Below, piece after piece: positions 10,018 to 19,763 of a stretch of DNA of 64,000 bases. This DNA is from an uncultured Bacillota bacterium (lineage in GTDB: Bacteria; Bacillota; Clostridia; Christensenellales; UBA1242), in assembly GCA_949292985.1 (NCBI GenBank), contig CASFBF010000001.1:23031-87030 (forward strand), written 5' to 3'. A program made the translations under genes and the position numbers. Below the pieces are notes generated by a model. It saw nothing but the letters and a program-made list of their open reading frames with translations, did not search any database and was not told the DNA's origin. Within the stretch, counting starts at the first letter, position 1. Every line of letters starts with the position of its first letter.

Positions 10018-10109
10018 GCTAAAAAAAGCATATAAACCTTTTTATTTCGCTAAAATTTTATTCTCGAATTAAAAAATTTTGAGGTTAAAATTAGTCAAAA
10101 GGGGAAAGT

Positions 10110-10916
10110 ATGCAGATTGTAATTGAATATGTGCTGATTGAAAACTTAATTATAAATTATTTTATTCTGTCTTGTTGCGGGGCGCTTTTTAAGGTTAAAC
10201 CAAAATTTTGGTTTCTAAGTGCTTTTCTTGGCGCAGTTATAGCGCTATTTTTGCCTATTTTCAACTTTCCAGTAACAGTTAAAATTATTGTAATGTTGTT
10301 GGTTGCAATAATAATGGTTTGCATCAGTTTCCCTATTAAAAGTTTTAAAGATTTTGCTTTCTACGGGTTCGGTTTAATTTTCTTGACTTTTGTATTTGGT
10401 GGGGCGTGCTACATGATTACAATGTGGTTTGGCTCGCTCAGCACTTTGGTAATTTGTCTTGTTTGTTTGACTACTTTTATTGCTGTAAAAATGTTTTTAA
10501 GGCGCCTTTCAAAAAAGCGCGCGTTAGCCTCTTTCACTTGTTCGGTGCAAATTGCTTGCAAGGATAAGGTGATTGAAGAAATGGGTTATATCGACAGCGC
10601 AAATGTTTTATATGATCCTATTACATCTTCACCCATAGTGTTGATTTCGAAGCAGGTTTTTGAAAAAATTGCAGGTGAAGACTATTTGTTTTATTTACTG
10701 AAAAAAGAAAAAATTAAGCGTTTACCATATGGGCATTTTGTTAATGTTGGCTGTGCAATGGGTGATGGAAAAATGTTGGTGTTTATGGCTGATAAACTTA
10801 CAATCACCGAAAAAGGCAGAGCAAGGGAGATTGAACATCCACTTTTGGGGTTGAGTTTGGCTGATTTTTCTAAATCGCTGAATGCTGGGGTGCTTATTCA
10901 TAGTGAACTTGCTTAA
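10110..10916 (+). CDS. spoIIGA: sigma-E processing peptidase SpoIIGA
   Basis: Polytopic N-terminus (MQIVIEYVLIENLIINYFIL) and a C-terminal aspartic-protease-like part (IDSANVLYDPITSSPI). It lies immediately upstream of sigE. Confidence 0.9.
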   Translation: MQIVIEYVLIENLIINYFILSCCGALFKVKPKFWFLSAFLGAVIALFLPIFNFPVTVKIIVMLLVAIIMVCISFPIKSFKDFAFYGFGLIFLTFVFGGACYMITMWFGSLSTLVICLVCLTTFIAVKMFLRRLSKKRALASFTCSVQIACKDKVIEEMGYIDSANVLYDPITSSPIVLISKQVFEKIAGEDYLFYLLKKEKIKRLPYGHFVNVGCAMGDGKMLVFMADKLTITEKGRAREIEHPLLGLSLADFSKSLNAGVLIHSELA

Positions 10917-10926
10917 AAGGAGAGGC

Positions 10927-11652
10927 ATGAAAAAAGTTTTATTTTATATTAAACAGTTTTTATGGAAACTGTTTTCAAAGCATGATTTACTTAATGCAGA
11001 AGGCGTTGTTTGTTACATTTGTGGCAATGAGGCTTTGCCTCTTCCGCTTGACCCAGAAGAAGAGCGAATGTTGGTTGAACAAGCCGAAAATGGAAGTGAT
11101 TTTGCCAGAGAAAAACTTGTTGAGCATAATTTAAGGCTTGTTGTTTACATTGCCAAAAAGTTTGAAAACACGGGGATTGATTTTGAGGATCTTATTTCTA
11201 TTGGCTCGGTGGGTTTGATTAAAGCGGTTAAAACATTTAGAGGAGATAAAAACATAAAACTTGCAACATATGCATCTCGTTGCATTGAAAATGAACTTTT
11301 GATGCAACTTAGAAAACTTTCTAAACTTAAAGGAGAGGTTTCCCTAGATAAACCTCTTTGTGATGATGGCGAAGGCAATGAACTTGTTCTTGCAGACATT
11401 ATGGCAACAGAAAGCGAAGAGGTTAGCGCAGGGTTAGACCATTCCGCAGAAAAAGATGCGATTTGGCAAATTTTAAATCGATTAGAGCGCCGTGAGCAAG
11501 AAATTATGATTTTGCGTTTTGGGCTTGAAGGCAAGGACGAACTAACACAAAAAGAAGTGGCTGATAAACTTGGAATTAGTCAAAGTTATATTTCAAGAAT
11601 AGAAAAAAAGATTTTGGTGAAAATGAAAAAAGAACTTTCCAAGATTTTATAA
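10927..11652 (+). CDS. sigE: sporulation sigma factor SigE (pro-sigma-E)
   Basis: Pro-sequence followed by YICGNEALPLPLDPEEE, then sigma-70 regions 2-4. An AAAAGGAGAGG RBS is present. Confidence 0.95.
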   Translation: MKKVLFYIKQFLWKLFSKHDLLNAEGVVCYICGNEALPLPLDPEEERMLVEQAENGSDFAREKLVEHNLRLVVYIAKKFENTGIDFEDLISIGSVGLIKAVKTFRGDKNIKLATYASRCIENELLMQLRKLSKLKGEVSLDKPLCDDGEGNELVLADIMATESEEVSAGLDHSAEKDAIWQILNRLERREQEIMILRFGLEGKDELTQKEVADKLGISQSYISRIEKKILVKMKKELSKIL

Positions 11653-11711
11653 TGAAAAATTACTCAAATTGTAGGAAATTTCTACGAGTTTTGTCAAATA
11701 TTGCGCTTTGT

Positions 11712-11741
11712 GCATAATTGCGCCTCCAATAGGGGAAAGTA
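11712..11741 (+). promoter_or_regulatory. forespore (sigma-F/sigma-G type) promoter upstream of sigG
   Basis: GCATA-15 nt-GGGGAAAGTA is a near match to the published sigma-F pattern GYATA-N15-GGnnAnAHTR. sigG is known to be sigma-F/G dependent in Bacillus. Confidence 0.4.
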
Positions 11742-11761
11742 TTATCCTATGGAGGCTTTTT

Positions 11762-12538
11762 ATGTCTAATAAAGTTATCATAGCGGGTGTAAACACCTCT
11801 CAACTGCCTAAACTTTCAAATGACGATATCATGGCACTTATGAAAAAAGTTAAGCAGGGTGATGATTTTGCCAGAGATGCTTTTGTTGTGGCAAATTTAA
11901 GGCTTGTGCTCAGCGTTGTTCAACGATTTGGTGGAAGAAGTGATAAAGCAGACGACATGTTTCAAGTTGGTTGTGTTGGCTTAATGAAAGCAATTGATAA
12001 TTTTGATGAAAGCCTTAATGTTAGATTTTCAACCTATGCTGTACCAATGATAATTGGTGAGATTAGAAGATTTTTAAGAGATAATAATTCAGTGCGTGTT
12101 TCTCGCTCGCTTAGGGATATCGCATATAAGTCGTTGCAAGCAAAAGAGCAACTTTCAAAAAATTCTGTAAACGAGCCCACAGTGGAAGATATTGCAAAAT
12201 ATTTGAATGTTCCTGCAAAAACCATAAATTTTGCTTTGGACGCAATAAGTGAAACCGTTTCGCTTTCCGAACCTATCTACAACGACGGAAGCGACACCAT
12301 TGAATTAAAAGACCAAATTTCAGACCTTAAAGATAGTGAAGATAGTTTATATGAAAAGATAGCAATAAAAGAAGCGATAAAAAAACTTTCGCCAAGGGAA
12401 AGGGAGATATTGCTGTTAAGATATTATGTTGGAAAAACGCAAATGGAAGTAAGCCAAGAGGTTGGCATTAGCCAAGCCCAAGTTTCTCGTCTTGAAAAGA
12501 ATGCTTTAAAAGAAATTAAAAATAAAATTTCAGAATAA
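11762..12538 (+). CDS. sigG: sporulation sigma factor SigG
   Basis: Sigma-70 family sequence (DAFVVANLRLVLSVVQRF, STYAVPMIIGEIRRFLRD). A GGAGG RBS is present. The gene follows sigE as in spore formers. Confidence 0.93.
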   Translation: MSNKVIIAGVNTSQLPKLSNDDIMALMKKVKQGDDFARDAFVVANLRLVLSVVQRFGGRSDKADDMFQVGCVGLMKAIDNFDESLNVRFSTYAVPMIIGEIRRFLRDNNSVRVSRSLRDIAYKSLQAKEQLSKNSVNEPTVEDIAKYLNVPAKTINFALDAISETVSLSEPIYNDGSDTIELKDQISDLKDSEDSLYEKIAIKEAIKKLSPREREILLLRYYVGKTQMEVSQEVGISQAQVSRLEKNALKEIKNKISE

Positions 12539-12590
12539 AAATTTGACGAATTTTGTCATGACAAGGCTTTTACAATCATATATGTAAAGC

Positions 12591-12872
12591 GTGGAAAGTT
12601 CATTTTTAGAATTAAGGTGTAAAGAAGTTGTTAATGTTGTAGACGGTCGTAGATTGGGGCACATTATTGATGTGGTTTTCAATCTGTCTACCGCTTGTGT
12701 AACGGGGGTTGTAGTTCCAGGCGAAAAAAGTTTTTGGAATGTTTTCAAAAGTGGCGCAGAATTTTTTATTCCTTTTAATCAAATTGTAAAAATAGGGGAA
12801 GACACCATTCTTGTTCAAATTTACGGTGGCCAGCCAAACCAAAACCCATATATTTTAAGTGATAAAAAATAA
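12591..12872 (+). CDS. ylmC: YlmC/YmxH-family sporulation protein (PRC-barrel)
   Basis: CKEVVNVVDGRRLGHIIDVVFN is typical of YlmC/YmxH. The start is GTG and the product is small (93 aa). Confidence 0.85.
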   Translation: MESSFLELRCKEVVNVVDGRRLGHIIDVVFNLSTACVTGVVVPGEKSFWNVFKSGAEFFIPFNQIVKIGEDTILVQIYGGQPNQNPYILSDKK

Positions 12873-12880
12873 TAAAAAAA

Positions 12881-12906
12881 CAGCACAAAAATCTGTGCTG
12901 TTTTTT
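12881..12906. terminator. bidirectional intrinsic terminator
   Basis: AAAAAAA-CAGCACA-aaaatc-TGTGCTG-TTTTTT. Confidence 0.8.
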
Positions 12907-13169
12907 AATTTATAAATTTTGTTAGCATTCTAATTCTCTAAACATATTTTTACTTCTTTTGAATTATAAACTTATTGTCATTTTATAAACATACTAGTAA
13001 TCACTATATTTATTTTAAAATCAAATTATCCTCTTGTTATTTCAAAATACTTTTTCATGGGGAACCACCTCATAACACTTATTATAACATTTAAAATATT
13101 TAACCAACACCCATTGTTCTTCTTCTCTTATATTATAATACTCGATTTTGTGTTAAAATTCCTTTATTT

Positions 13170-13613
13170 TTACAATTCTTCTAAAAGTTTTTTGAAACTG
13201 TCGATGTCTTTAAATTGGCGATAAACCGATGCAAAACGCACGTATGCAACTTCGTCAAGTTTTTTAAGTGCTTCCATAACCATTTGACCAATGGTGGAGG
13301 ATGGCACTTCTTGTGAGAAGTTGTTTTGCAAGGTTTTTTCAATGTCAAGCGCAACTTCTTCAATTTGGCTTATGCTTACTGGACGTTTTTCACATGCCTT
13401 TATCATTCCATTTTTTATTTTGTTTATATCAAATGCCTGTCTGCTTCCATCAGTTTTGATAACCAAGATAGGTGTCATTTCCACTGTTTCGTATGTAGTA
13501 AAACGCTTTCCACAGCCAAGGCACTCTCTTCTGCGTCTGATTGCGTTTGCCTCGTCGGTGCTTCTAGAATCTAAAACTTTGCTTTCTTCACAACCACAAT
13601 ATATGCACTTCAT
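13170..13613 (-). CDS. nrdR: transcriptional repressor NrdR
   Basis: N-terminal zinc ribbon [18 protein letters not shown]...[17 protein letters not shown] followed by an ATP-cone. Confidence 0.96.
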   Translation of the reverse strand: MKCIYCGCEESKVLDSRSTDEANAIRRRRECLGCGKRFTTYETVEMTPILVIKTDGSRQAFDINKIKNGMIKACEKRPVSISQIEEVALDIEKTLQNNFSQEVPSSTIGQMVMEALKKLDEVAYVRFASVYRQFKDIDSFKKLLEEL

Positions 13614-13714
13614 GATTTACTCCTTGAACTTATTTTAGCATATAAGTTTTTAAAAAGCAAATGTTTATGGCAAAAAATTGTTTTAAAGCGCCTGTCAAAA
13701 CAATACATTATTTT

Positions 13715-13939
13715 ATGCTTAATTTATGTGATGCAAAAAAGAATAAAACTTATGTGATTGTGGATTATCAAAACCTTTCCACAAAAATTTTGCGACGACT
13801 TTGTGATTTGGGACTTACCAGGGGACAAACTGTGGTTGTGGCAAGTCGTTCGCTTCTTAAAAAAGCCTTGCTTGTGGAAGTTAGGGGCTATCTTCTTTCG
13901 CTTAAAGCCGACATTGCCAAGGGGGTGTGCATAAAATGA
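13715..13939 (+). CDS. feoA: ferrous iron transport protein FeoA
   Basis: SH3-like FeoA pattern (LCDLGLTRGQTVVVA ... VEVRGYLLSLKADIAKGV). Its stop overlaps the feoB start (ATGA). The start codon is uncertain; 13661, 13667 and 13715 are all possible. Confidence 0.8.
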   Translation: MLNLCDAKKNKTYVIVDYQNLSTKILRRLCDLGLTRGQTVVVASRSLLKKALLVEVRGYLLSLKADIAKGVCIK

Positions 13940-16038
13940 ATAAAACAAAAAAAGTGTTGCAATGCCCAACCGAACATATAACAGAAGTGTTGCTTGTAGG
14001 AAATCCCAACACTGGTAAAACAACGCTTTTTAACAAACTTACTTCATCAAATGAGCATGTTGGCAACTGGCATGGTGTAACCGTTGACAAAAAGGCAAAA
14101 GTGTTTGATTGTTTGGGTCAAAAAAGATTGCTTGTGGATTTACCCGGCATTTATTCTCTTTCAGCGCTGAGTTTTGAAGAACAAGTTGCAATTGATTATA
14201 TTAGGTCGCACCCTAAAACAAAAATCATCAATATTTGCGATTTGAATAACATTCAACGCAATCTGGCGCTAACTTTGGGGCTTTTAGAGTTTGGTGCAGA
14301 TGTTGTTTTGGCGGTGAACTGTATGGATAAACGCCCGCTTAATAGGCTGGATTATAATGCGTTAGAAAAAGAATTAGGTGTGCCTGTTGTTGAGATAAAT
14401 GCAGACAAGGGGTGGGGATTTGATAAATTAAAGCAAGCAGTTTTAAATCCTTTTTCCTTGCCACCATCACCAAAATATTTAAAAAAATTAAATTTGAACA
14501 ATGTTAAAATCAACTTTTCAAAAAAAATAGACGACTTTACTGCCATAAAAATTATGGAAGGTGATGAGCCGATTTTAAAAGAACTTGGCATTAAAGAAAA
14601 CAAGTTTTTGGATATTCAAAAAATTGCAGAGGCTAGATTTGAATATATTTCTTCATTACAAAAGCGGTTTTTTGTTTGCAGTGGGAAAGTATACGGCAAA
14701 AGCATAATTGATAAAGTTGTTTTGAATAGATTTTTAGCATTCCCGATATTTTTGCTGGTTTTGGCTGTTATTTTTTATCTAACTTTTTTCTCTATTGGCG
14801 CATGGCTTTCTGACGGACTTAACAAACTTTTAGACATCAGTGTGGGAACTTGGACAAGACAACTTTGCCTTGCATGGTTTGGTGAAAGTTCGTGGCTCAC
14901 GCACTTGTTTTGTGATGCTTTAATTGGCGGAGTTGGAACTGTGCTTTCATTTCTGCCACAAGTAGGGCTGTTATTCTTGTTCCTATCAATATTAGAAGAC
15001 AGTGGCTATCTTTCACGAGTTGCCTTTGCTAGTGAAGATATATTTGGAAAAATTGGGCTTTCAGGAAAAAGCGTTTACACTTTGCTAATGGGGTTTGGTT
15101 GCTCTACCACCGCAGTGCTTACAGCAAGAAATATGGAAGATAAAAATTCGAAAATTAAAACCGCACTGCTTACACCTTATATGAGTTGCTCGGCAAAATT
15201 TCCTATCTATGTTGTAATTGGCGCAGCGTTTTTTGGCGCTAGCAATGTGTTTGTAATTATGGGACTATACCTTTTAGGGCTGGTGGTTTCAATTATTTTA
15301 AGTTTGATTTTTGAAAAAACAGTGCTTAAAAGCAAAGCGCAATCTTTTATTTTAGAGTTTCCGCCTTACAGATTTGGTGGGGCTAAAAGAATTTTTAAAG
15401 TGCTTTGGGAAAACATTAAACAATTTTTAATTCGTGTTGGCTCGCTTTTGATTTCCATGAATGTTATTGTGTGGTTGCTTGCAAACTTTTCTTTTGATTT
15501 TTCCTTTGTGTCTGAATCGGGCAAAATGAGCATGCTTGAAGGTTTTGGCAAAGTTCTCGCACCTATTTTTGTTCCGCTTGGATTTGGCAGTTGGGGAGTT
15601 GCCTCCGCCTTGGTTGCAGGTATTGTTGCAAAAGAGGTGATAATTTCTTCAATCGCTATGTTCAACGGCGTTGCAAATGAATCGCAAATTGGCCAAACTT
15701 TGCATGACAGTAGCAGTATGGTTTATTTTGCTTCTCCCGCTTCTGTTATGTCGTTTTTAGTTTTTTCGTTATTGTATTTGCCGTGCATTTCAACAATGGT
15801 GGTGCTTTCAAAAGAAATAGGCAAAAAATGGACCTTTATAGGCATAATTATTCAATTTGCTGTGGGATATTTAACAGCACTGTTCACTTTTAACCTTTTC
15901 AGAGCAATTGAAGCGTTTGGCGTTTGGCCTGTGCTGGGAGTTGTTGTTGCCTTTGTGGTTATTATTCTAAGCATTTTTAAGATTGTAGGGCACATTAAAA
16001 AGCCAAGGTCTTGCAAAGGTTGCAAAGGTTGCAACTAA
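13936..16038 (+). CDS. feoB: ferrous iron transporter FeoB
   Basis: G-domain motifs GNPNTGKTTLFN and DLPG, then a polytopic permease. The tail is Cys-rich (CKGCKGC). Confidence 0.95.
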   Translation: MNKTKKVLQCPTEHITEVLLVGNPNTGKTTLFNKLTSSNEHVGNWHGVTVDKKAKVFDCLGQKRLLVDLPGIYSLSALSFEEQVAIDYIRSHPKTKIINICDLNNIQRNLALTLGLLEFGADVVLAVNCMDKRPLNRLDYNALEKELGVPVVEINADKGWGFDKLKQAVLNPFSLPPSPKYLKKLNLNNVKINFSKKIDDFTAIKIMEGDEPILKELGIKENKFLDIQKIAEARFEYISSLQKRFFVCSGKVYGKSIIDKVVLNRFLAFPIFLLVLAVIFYLTFFSIGAWLSDGLNKLLDISVGTWTRQLCLAWFGESSWLTHLFCDALIGGVGTVLSFLPQVGLLFLFLSILEDSGYLSRVAFASEDIFGKIGLSGKSVYTLLMGFGCSTTAVLTARNMEDKNSKIKTALLTPYMSCSAKFPIYVVIGAAFFGASNVFVIMGLYLLGLVVSIILSLIFEKTVLKSKAQSFILEFPPYRFGGAKRIFKVLWENIKQFLIRVGSLLISMNVIVWLLANFSFDFSFVSESGKMSMLEGFGKVLAPIFVPLGFGSWGVASALVAGIVAKEVIISSIAMFNGVANESQIGQTLHDSSSMVYFASPASVMSFLVFSLLYLPCISTMVVLSKEIGKKWTFIGIIIQFAVGYLTALFTFNLFRAIEAFGVWPVLGVVVAFVVIILSIFKIVGHIKKPRSCKGCKGCN

Positions 16039-16102
16039 TATTTTGACGAAAAAATATTGCTTTTACTTGTAAAACAACGGTTAAATATGATAACATATAA
16101 CT

Positions 16103-17413
16103 ATGGCAAAACCTATTGTTGCAGTTGTTGGCAGACCTAATGTTGGCAAAAGCACTTTTTTTAACAAAATATGCGGTGAAAGAATCAGCATTGTAGATGA
16201 TGCCCCTGGTGTAACCAGAGACAGAATTTATGCTGACGCTGAATGGGCAGGCAGAAGTTTTACCATGATTGATACTGGTGGGTTAGACCCAAAAAGTGAA
16301 GATGTTTTTCAAAAAGAAATCGCTTTGCAAGCAGATGTTGCAATTGAAATGGCAGATGTTATTGTTATGCTGGTTGATGGTAAAAGTGGGATAAAACTTG
16401 CCGATGAAATGCTTGCAAAAAAATTAAGAAAAATTTCAACGCCAGTTGTTTTAGTTGTAAATAAACTTGACAGGTTTGATGTTTCTGACACTTTTGAATT
16501 TTATGCTTTGGGGCTGGGACAACCTTTTCCTTTGTCGTGTGAACAAGCGAAAGGAATTGGTGATGTGCTTGATGAAATTATCTCACATTTTCCGCCCAAA
16601 AGCGAAAGTGAAGATGAAGACGGCATTTTAAAAATAGCCATTGTTGGCAGACCAAATGTTGGTAAAAGTAGCATTATAAACAGATTGCTGGGTGAAAAAA
16701 GAGTTGTTGTGAGTGATGTTGAAGGAACCACTCGTGATAGTGTTATGGTCCCTTTTAAATATAACAAGCAAAAATATTATTTAGTTGACACAGCAGGGCT
16801 TAGGCGTGCCAGAGGTGTGGAAAAAGAATCGGTGGAAGGATATTCAGTTCTTCGAACAATGCGTGCGATTGAAAAAGCAGATGTTGTTGTCATGGTTGTG
16901 GAGGCTGGCACTAAACTTACCGAGCAAGATGTTCGCATAGCGGGGTATGTGCATGAAGAGGGCAAGCCAAGCATTATTGCTATTAACAAAATTGACACAT
17001 TTGAAGGGGATAGACAAGAAATTATTAAAATGCTGGATAGAGATTTGGCGTTTATGGATTACTACATTCCTGTTTTCGTCTCCGCTTTAAAGGGAACAAA
17101 AATGGGCGATTTAATGCCAAATGTGTTGTTGGCTTATGAAAATGGTTCAAAAAGAATTAAAACTGGCGTTTTAAACGAAATGCTTTCTGATGCGTTATTA
17201 AACTTTGAACCGCCTTCAAAAGATGGAAGAAAAGCCAAAATTAAATACATCACTCAGGCTTCAACACTTCCTCCAACATTCGTGTTGTTTACAAACGATG
17301 CCAAACTTATAAATTTTTCATACTTACGATATTTAGAAAATCGTTTCAGAGAAAAGGTTGATTTTTCAGGAACTCCAATTAAGTTTGTGGTTAAATCCAA
17401 GGAGGAAGAATGA
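16103..17413 (+). CDS. der: ribosome-associated GTPase Der (EngA)
   Basis: Two tandem GTPase domains (GRPNVGKST twice) plus a KH-like C-terminus. Confidence 0.96.
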   Translation: MAKPIVAVVGRPNVGKSTFFNKICGERISIVDDAPGVTRDRIYADAEWAGRSFTMIDTGGLDPKSEDVFQKEIALQADVAIEMADVIVMLVDGKSGIKLADEMLAKKLRKISTPVVLVVNKLDRFDVSDTFEFYALGLGQPFPLSCEQAKGIGDVLDEIISHFPPKSESEDEDGILKIAIVGRPNVGKSSIINRLLGEKRVVVSDVEGTTRDSVMVPFKYNKQKYYLVDTAGLRRARGVEKESVEGYSVLRTMRAIEKADVVVMVVEAGTKLTEQDVRIAGYVHEEGKPSIIAINKIDTFEGDRQEIIKMLDRDLAFMDYYIPVFVSALKGTKMGDLMPNVLLAYENGSKRIKTGVLNEMLSDALLNFEPPSKDGRKAKIKYITQASTLPPTFVLFTNDAKLINFSYLRYLENRFREKVDFSGTPIKFVVKSKEEE

Positions 17414-18159
17414 TTTACTATTGGTTTATTTTAGTAGTGGTGCTTTGCTATTTTATTGGTAACATAAATTTTGCAAGAGTTATTGCAAGGGTTTTTAAGC
17501 ATGAAGATATAACCACAAAAGGCAGTGGAAATCCCGGCACAATGAATGTGTTAAGAGTATATGGCATAGGCTATGCAGTTTTAACTTTAATTTTAGAGTG
17601 CATTAAAGCAGGTGTGCCTGCAATAGTTTGCGGTTATATTTTTGCTGGCGAAGGTATGTTTGAACTTGCATTTTTCACCGCAGGTATTTCAGTAGTGCTG
17701 GGGCACAACTTCCCTGTTATTTACAAGTTTAAAGGGGGGAAGGGAATTGCTTGCACTGCGGGTATGTTCTTTTTTAGTCCGCTTTGGTGGGTTGGACTTA
17801 TAATGTTTGTTGTTTGTTGCATCTTTTTGTATTTTGTTGATTATGCGTTTCTGGCTTCTCTAATATTTGTTTCGGCTTTATCGATTTCTTGGATAATTTA
17901 TTTAGGCTTGCTTCAACCATATCTTTGGTGGGTTTGCATAATCTTGATTGCTTTCAACTGGGTGCTAGATATAGCAATGCACCATGCAAACATAACAAGG
18001 TTTGTAAAAGGCACAGAAAACCCTACAAATTTCAGGCAAAAAGTCAACAAGTTGTTTGGCAAGAAAGAAAAAATTGAACAAATTGAAGAAAAACCTGAAA
18101 AAGAAATCATCATAGAAGATGACGAAGAAAATAACAACAATTCAAATCAACAAAACTAG
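17410..18159 (+). CDS. plsY: glycerol-3-phosphate acyltransferase PlsY with an acidic low-complexity C-terminal tail
   Basis: GSGNPGTMNV and KGGKGIA motifs. The der-plsY pairing is conserved in Firmicutes. Confidence 0.93.
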   Translation: MIYYWFILVVVLCYFIGNINFARVIARVFKHEDITTKGSGNPGTMNVLRVYGIGYAVLTLILECIKAGVPAIVCGYIFAGEGMFELAFFTAGISVVLGHNFPVIYKFKGGKGIACTAGMFFFSPLWWVGLIMFVVCCIFLYFVDYAFLASLIFVSALSISWIIYLGLLQPYLWWVCIILIAFNWVLDIAMHHANITRFVKGTENPTNFRQKVNKLFGKKEKIEQIEEKPEKEIIIEDDEENNNNSNQQN

Positions 18160-18180
18160 CGCAAATGTTTGCGCTTTTTT
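18159..18180 (+). terminator. intrinsic terminator after plsY
   Basis: GCGCAAATGTTTGCGC followed by TTTTTT. Confidence 0.65.
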
Positions 18181-18254
18181 ATTATAAAAATATCGAATAT
18201 TTTGTTATAAATAACCTCTTTAAAGCATATTTTAGAATATCTTTGGAGGTCAAA

Positions 18255-19733
18255 ATGGAAAAATATGAAATCTATGACGACATTAAAACCCGCACTAATG
18301 GCGAGATTTATGTCGGCGTTGTTGGCCCAGTTAGAGTTGGAAAATCAACTTTTATCACCGAATTTATGAAAAAACTTGTGCTTCCAAATATAACGGGCAA
18401 ATACCCAAAAGAACGGGCAATTGATGAACTTCCACAATCAGCAGATGGTAAAACCATCATGACCACTCAGCCAAAATTTGTTCCAAACGAGGCTGTTAAA
18501 ATTTGCGTGAATGACAAAGTGGACATGAAGGTTAGGCTTATTGATTGTGTGGGATATTTAGTGTCGGGGGCAATGGGACACATTGAAAATAATGCTCCTA
18601 GAAAGGTTAAAACTCCTTGGTCAGATGAAGAAATGCCTTTTGAAGAAGCAGCCGAACTTGGCACAAAAAAAGTCATGAGAGAACATTCCACTGTTGGTGT
18701 GGTTGTAACAACTGACGGTTCGGTTACAGACATTCCAAGAGCCAACTATGTTGAAGCAGAAGAAAGAGTTGTGCAAGAAATGAAAGAAAGCAATAAACCT
18801 TTCGTAATTGCATTAAACTGCAATTCGCCTGCTTCAAACGAAGCAAAAAAACTTGCTTCATCTTTGGAAGAAAAATATGAAGTGCCAGTTATTGCATTAA
18901 ATGCACAGGAACTTAAAGAAAGTGATATTGATAAAGTTTTTGAAAAACTTTTATATGAATTCCCAGTAACATCTATCAAACTTAAAATGCCTAAATGGTT
19001 GCAAGCGCTTTCTTTTGATGACGAAATCATTCAAGAAATTGCAAGTGAAGTTCAATCTTTTGCAGAGGGAATGAGCAAACTTAGCGATGTTGACAAGTCT
19101 AAACTTGTTTTCACAGAAAGCGAAGCCTTTGACCCTATCACATTCTCAAATATTGAAATGGGTGATGGGACTGTAAAATTCAGTGTTATTCCAAAAGAGG
19201 GGTTGTTCTATAAAGTTCTTTCAAAAGAATGTGGTTATCAAATTAACGACGATTTTGAACTTATCGGTTATATCAAAGAACTTGCCGTTGCTAAACTTGA
19301 ATATGATAAATTGAAAACAGCACTTGAACAAGTTAAAGAAACAGGTTATGGCATTGTTGCACCAAGACAAGATGAATTTGAACTTGAAGAGCCAGAAGTT
19401 ATCAGACAAGGTTCTAAGTTTGGCGTTAAAATTAAAGCAAGCGCACCAAGTTTGCATATACTCAGGGTAGATGTAAACACCGAAGTAACGCCACTTGTTG
19501 GAACAGAAGAACAAAGCAGAGAAGTTGTAAGCGATCTTTTAAGTCAAATTCAAGAATGCCCAGAATCAATATGGGAAACAAATTTGCTTGGCAAAAGTTT
19601 GTCTTCGCTTATTGGCGACAATATCAATTCAAAAATTATTATGATGCCAGTTGATGCTCAAAGAAAAATGCGCAAGACTCTTGGCAGAATAATAAATGAG
19701 GGCAGAGGAGGAATTATCTGCATATTGTTATAA
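18255..19733 (+). CDS. spoIVA: stage IV sporulation protein A (SpoIVA)
   Basis: MEKYEIYDDIKTRTNGEIYVGVVGPVRVGKSTF (Walker A) and the overall length are typical of SpoIVA. A GGAGG RBS precedes the ATG at 18255. Confidence 0.95.
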   Translation: MEKYEIYDDIKTRTNGEIYVGVVGPVRVGKSTFITEFMKKLVLPNITGKYPKERAIDELPQSADGKTIMTTQPKFVPNEAVKICVNDKVDMKVRLIDCVGYLVSGAMGHIENNAPRKVKTPWSDEEMPFEEAAELGTKKVMREHSTVGVVVTTDGSVTDIPRANYVEAEERVVQEMKESNKPFVIALNCNSPASNEAKKLASSLEEKYEVPVIALNAQELKESDIDKVFEKLLYEFPVTSIKLKMPKWLQALSFDDEIIQEIASEVQSFAEGMSKLSDVDKSKLVFTESEAFDPITFSNIEMGDGTVKFSVIPKEGLFYKVLSKECGYQINDDFELIGYIKELAVAKLEYDKLKTALEQVKETGYGIVAPRQDEFELEEPEVIRQGSKFGVKIKASAPSLHILRVDVNTEVTPLVGTEEQSREVVSDLLSQIQECPESIWETNLLGKSLSSLIGDNINSKIIMMPVDAQRKMRKTLGRIINEGRGGIICILL

Positions 19734-19734
19734 C

Positions 19735-19763
19735 AAAAAACCGAACTTAATGTTCGGTTTTTT
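19735..19763. terminator. bidirectional intrinsic terminator
   Basis: AAAAAA-CCGAAC-ttaat-GTTCGG-TTTTTT. Confidence 0.8.

Noticed and set aside
10062-10068. A possible Spo0A box (TCTCGAA versus TGTCGAA) about 20 nt upstream of a TAAAAT -10 in front of spoIIGA.
   Set aside because: It is a single 6/7 match in AT-rich sequence and is not distinguishable from chance without a genome-wide motif model.
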